Below, one piece after another: positions 61,039 through 64,000 of a stretch of 64,000 bases of DNA (the first letter of the stretch is position 1; each line of letters opens with the position of its first letter). Source of the stretch: Trichosphaerium sp. ATCC 40318 (lineage: Eukaryota > Protista > Tubulinea). The stretch lies in NCBI GenBank assembly GCA_038496445.1, contig JALMLS010000179.1:439608-503607 (forward strand). Reading direction: 5' to 3'. Below the pieces are notes generated by a model. That model did no database searches. It saw nothing but the letters and a program-made list of their open reading frames with translations, and had not been told where the DNA came from. The position numbers were made by a program, and so were the translations under genes.

Positions 61039-61940
61039 AGAGGTGCTTTTTGAAAAGTTTCGGTTCTTTTTGAAGTTCAAGATGAAAAGGCGGTGGCACA
61101 GTATTCTTACACCACCTGAATGGCAAAAACGCTTCAGTATAGATACGAGAAGTGATAGAATATCACTTTTATCATAGATGTACGTATTAGTTACAAGTAG
61201 ATTTCGTTCTGACTTCATTTAAAGTTGCTTGGTCACTTTGCAGTTCTAAAGCCTGTTGTACTAAATAACAACGGCAAGCAAGAGAATAACCTACTTTTAA
61301 TCAATTCTACTACTGGAAACTATCTTCATAAACCTATTGTGGATGTAATGTACAGTTTGTGGTTTTCAAATAAGCTTGTACCACTGAGAAAGAAATAAAA
61401 AATAAGTTTTTAAAACTAAATATAGCAACAAAAGGCTTATGAGAATTCGATTGACGTATTGACGGCACAATTGCACGCCACGTGATGAAGAATGTAAGCG
61501 AATTAACTTACCTTTGAACGAGTACGCCACACCCATCTCACTGTACCGAACAAGTTTCTAACCATATTCACTATAGAAAGCACACACTGATGTACTAAAG
61601 AAACTTCGACAGCTAGCAAACAAACTAGCCTTTCAATAAAAAATGAAGAAAAATTGAACTTCAATTATTGCTCTTCACAAAGGAAACTATACTCAAGACA
61701 CACGAAATAAGGTTCAAATCGTATTAACAAGATCAATGAAAAAACAAGCGCTAAAACTTCGTCCAAACCCAAAACCGAAGAAATCAAATTCTGGTTTCGA
61801 GAAACAAAAACAGAAACGCGTTTATACGCTAAAAATGATAGTGGTATGAGTCTGATGAAGAAGTACAAATGAAGCGAAATTAAAACTTTGTAAAGCAATA
61901 TAATATAGTGTATTAGTAGTGTATATAACTATTCTAAGCG

Positions 61941-62697
61941 TAGAGATGGCAGAAATACTGGTCCGAACCAGTTCCGGACCAAAACGCAAAAGACCGGTCC
62001 GTAAACGGTCCAAACGGTCCGCTGTCAGAGGGAGTACCCTTGGAAAATCGGAAAAATAGCCGAAAAAGGAATTTTTGTCAAAGGGTACTACTCCTTGGAT
62101 TTTTATCGGTCCAAACGGTCCCTGTCACAAAATCTCAGAGGCATCCACCCATTGACCTACTCACTGTGTGCATGCACATAAGGTGGCTGTACACTTTTTG
62201 TGGCAGGTTTGAATATCACCACTTTTTTTTTTTTCATACCTAAAGATACTATTTTTCGCGTAAGTAATGCACTTGATATGTTGCTCTACGGGCACAAAGT
62301 GATAAAAAGATGTTTGGGCAAAAGTGTAGAAAGTAGCTAACAGCACGTGATTTTGTTCCAAATGTCAAAATAACATCACCACAGGCACATTTTGACAAAA
62401 AAAGTAGCGGTTAGGCCAGCGTGACCTTGTTTTACCACGCTAAACAGTAATTTTGTTAAAATGGGCTGATTGAGGGCTTTCAACCACTCTATGTGTAGAA
62501 CTCTCAATTTTAAGGCGTTTCAGGCCACTTTTATTCAAAATAAAGTGGCTGGTGGTTCAAAAAGAAGCCACTTACGAAACAACTAACTGGTGTTCACTGA
62601 ATGCATACTGCTCTTGTTCTAAATCACGGACCGGTTACAGACCGAAAACCGATATATTGAAACCGGACCGGTATCGGACCGGTATTTGCCACCTCTA
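61941..62697. mobile_element. Mirror copy of the hAT element within the palindrome arm
   Basis: Same TIRs; TSD TCTAAGCG at 61933-40 and 62698-705. Confidence 0.85.
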
Positions 62698-62815
62698 TCT
62701 AAGCGTGTCAAGTGAACTAGCAAGCACGCCCGCGGTTAAGATAAAATTCGTAGAGAAAGACGAAAAAATCGAAATTTCCAGTTTTCGTAAACTTTAGAAT
62801 ATCACTATTACTGCG

Positions 62816-64000
62816 ATGTCTAACACAAAGCCAACACCTCCTGCCAATACTACCGTTACTGAAAATGGTGCTCTCACACACGCTACATCATCTTCTGCCC
62901 GCGTAGACTTTTTCTTCCAAGTTGTACCGTCATCACCAGCAGACGCAATCTGCGACCTTGTTAAGGTACGCATATACAGTTTTACTTGTTTTAATGATAA
63001 ATGAAGTAAAATTACTTTGTACTAACTACAACATTAGAAATCGTGGGATGAATGCCGTTTAGATACACTCAAGCTCATATTTCAGCTACGTGATGTAAGA
63101 AACGGAAAGAACGAGCGAAAATGCTTTTACACCTGCCTAACGTGGCTCTTGGCTACTCACCCAGACACTTTCATCGCCAACCTCAAATGCGTTCCTATGT
63201 TTGGCTACTGGAAGGATTTACTCGAACTACTCCTTAAACCTACAGAACGCTCTGGAAAAACCCTAAAGGGAGAAGGCGAAGATATTTCAAACGATAAAAA
63301 CTTTCCTCGCGTAATCGAAGCTGTAGTACAACTATTCGCCACACAACTCAAGGAGGACTTCGACCTAATGGAGCAAAAAGCGAAAATCTCACTTTGCGCC
63401 AAATGGGCGCCTTCTCCAGGCAAGAAACACGACAAGAAGTTTAAACTCGCCCAAAAAATCGCTATGCTCATGTTCCCTGACTGTCCTGAGCCAAAGAAAA
63501 GAGAAGAAGGTGCACCTTACGTAGAACCAGCGTGCCTCTATAAATACCGTAAAGCGCTCACGGCAATGAGAAAGTACACATGCGTCCCTGAAGTACATAT
63601 GTCTGCGAATCAATGGAAGAAAATCGTATACACACGTGTCCCTTCTGTGTGTATGGCGAATAACAGAAAAATCTTCGCTAAACACGACGAAGAGCGTTAT
63701 CAAGCGTACTTGGATGCAGTCAAAGCTGGAACAGCCACAATCGCATCTGGAGCTATCTTGCCGCATGTTATCATCGAGAAACTATTGGCCGGAAATGTCG
63801 CAGACGGTCAAGCCTAGAACTCCAATGGACCGACAAAGTCAACAAAATCAAGGCTGCTCGAACTTACCAAAGTGCCTTTCTGTCGTAGACGTATCTGGAT
63901 CTATGAGCGGTATACCTATGCAAGTAGCTATCGCTCTTGGTCTTATCTTGAGCGAGGTCACAGAGGGTCCATTCAAAAAATCACGTTATTACTTTCCACA
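62816..64000 (+). pseudogene. Mirror copy of the DUF2828/vWA gene, frameshifted and incomplete at the window edge
   Basis: Identical N-terminal 222 aa, then single-base homopolymer differences (CAAGCCTAG vs CAAGCCCTAG) that break the frame; may be read error. Confidence 0.6.

Larger units (their letters stand above)
57467..64000. repeat. Large inverted repeat/palindrome: arms 57467-~60440 and ~61039-64000, ~600-bp spacer
   Basis: Mirror ORFs (58652/62816, 58916/62552, 58319/63149); arms differ mostly by 1-3 nt indels; the right arm runs off the window. Confidence 0.97.

Overview
Gene-dense, AT-rich eukaryotic (protist-like) nuclear DNA. It uses the standard code and has many short spliceosomal introns whose donors are mostly GTACG rather than GTAAG. 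About 30 protein genes can be supported. Conserved ones include CDC20, mitochondrial HSP70, CCT7, RPL31, ALKBH1, CWF19L2, epsin, a SNAP-25-like SNARE, a GH79 heparanase-like enzyme and an ADP-ribosylglycohydrolase. Lineage-specific ones include five F-box genes, a RasGAP-DUF547 fusion, an Hsp110-TPR fusion, a protein with seven copies of an unrecognised repeat, and an aegerolysin-like protein. Non-coding items are an intronic C/D snoRNA in CDC20 (snR73/U35-type guide), a twin-hairpin element in a GC-AG intron, a 757-bp non-autonomous hAT element with an 8-bp TSD, and a MITE-like foldback. The most intriguing candidate system is an intronless head-to-head pair: a pseudokinase consisting only of the C-lobe, and an 89-aa protein with an RVxF (PP1-docking-like) motif. 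The cassette is duplicated in inverted orientation about 21 kb away. The last 6.5 kb is a large palindrome with signs of an amplification or long-read fold-back artefact. Scattered 1-nt homopolymer frameshifts suggest residual sequencing errors. Exon boundaries were read by eye, some gene ends are approximate, and family assignments come from motif recognition, not database searches.
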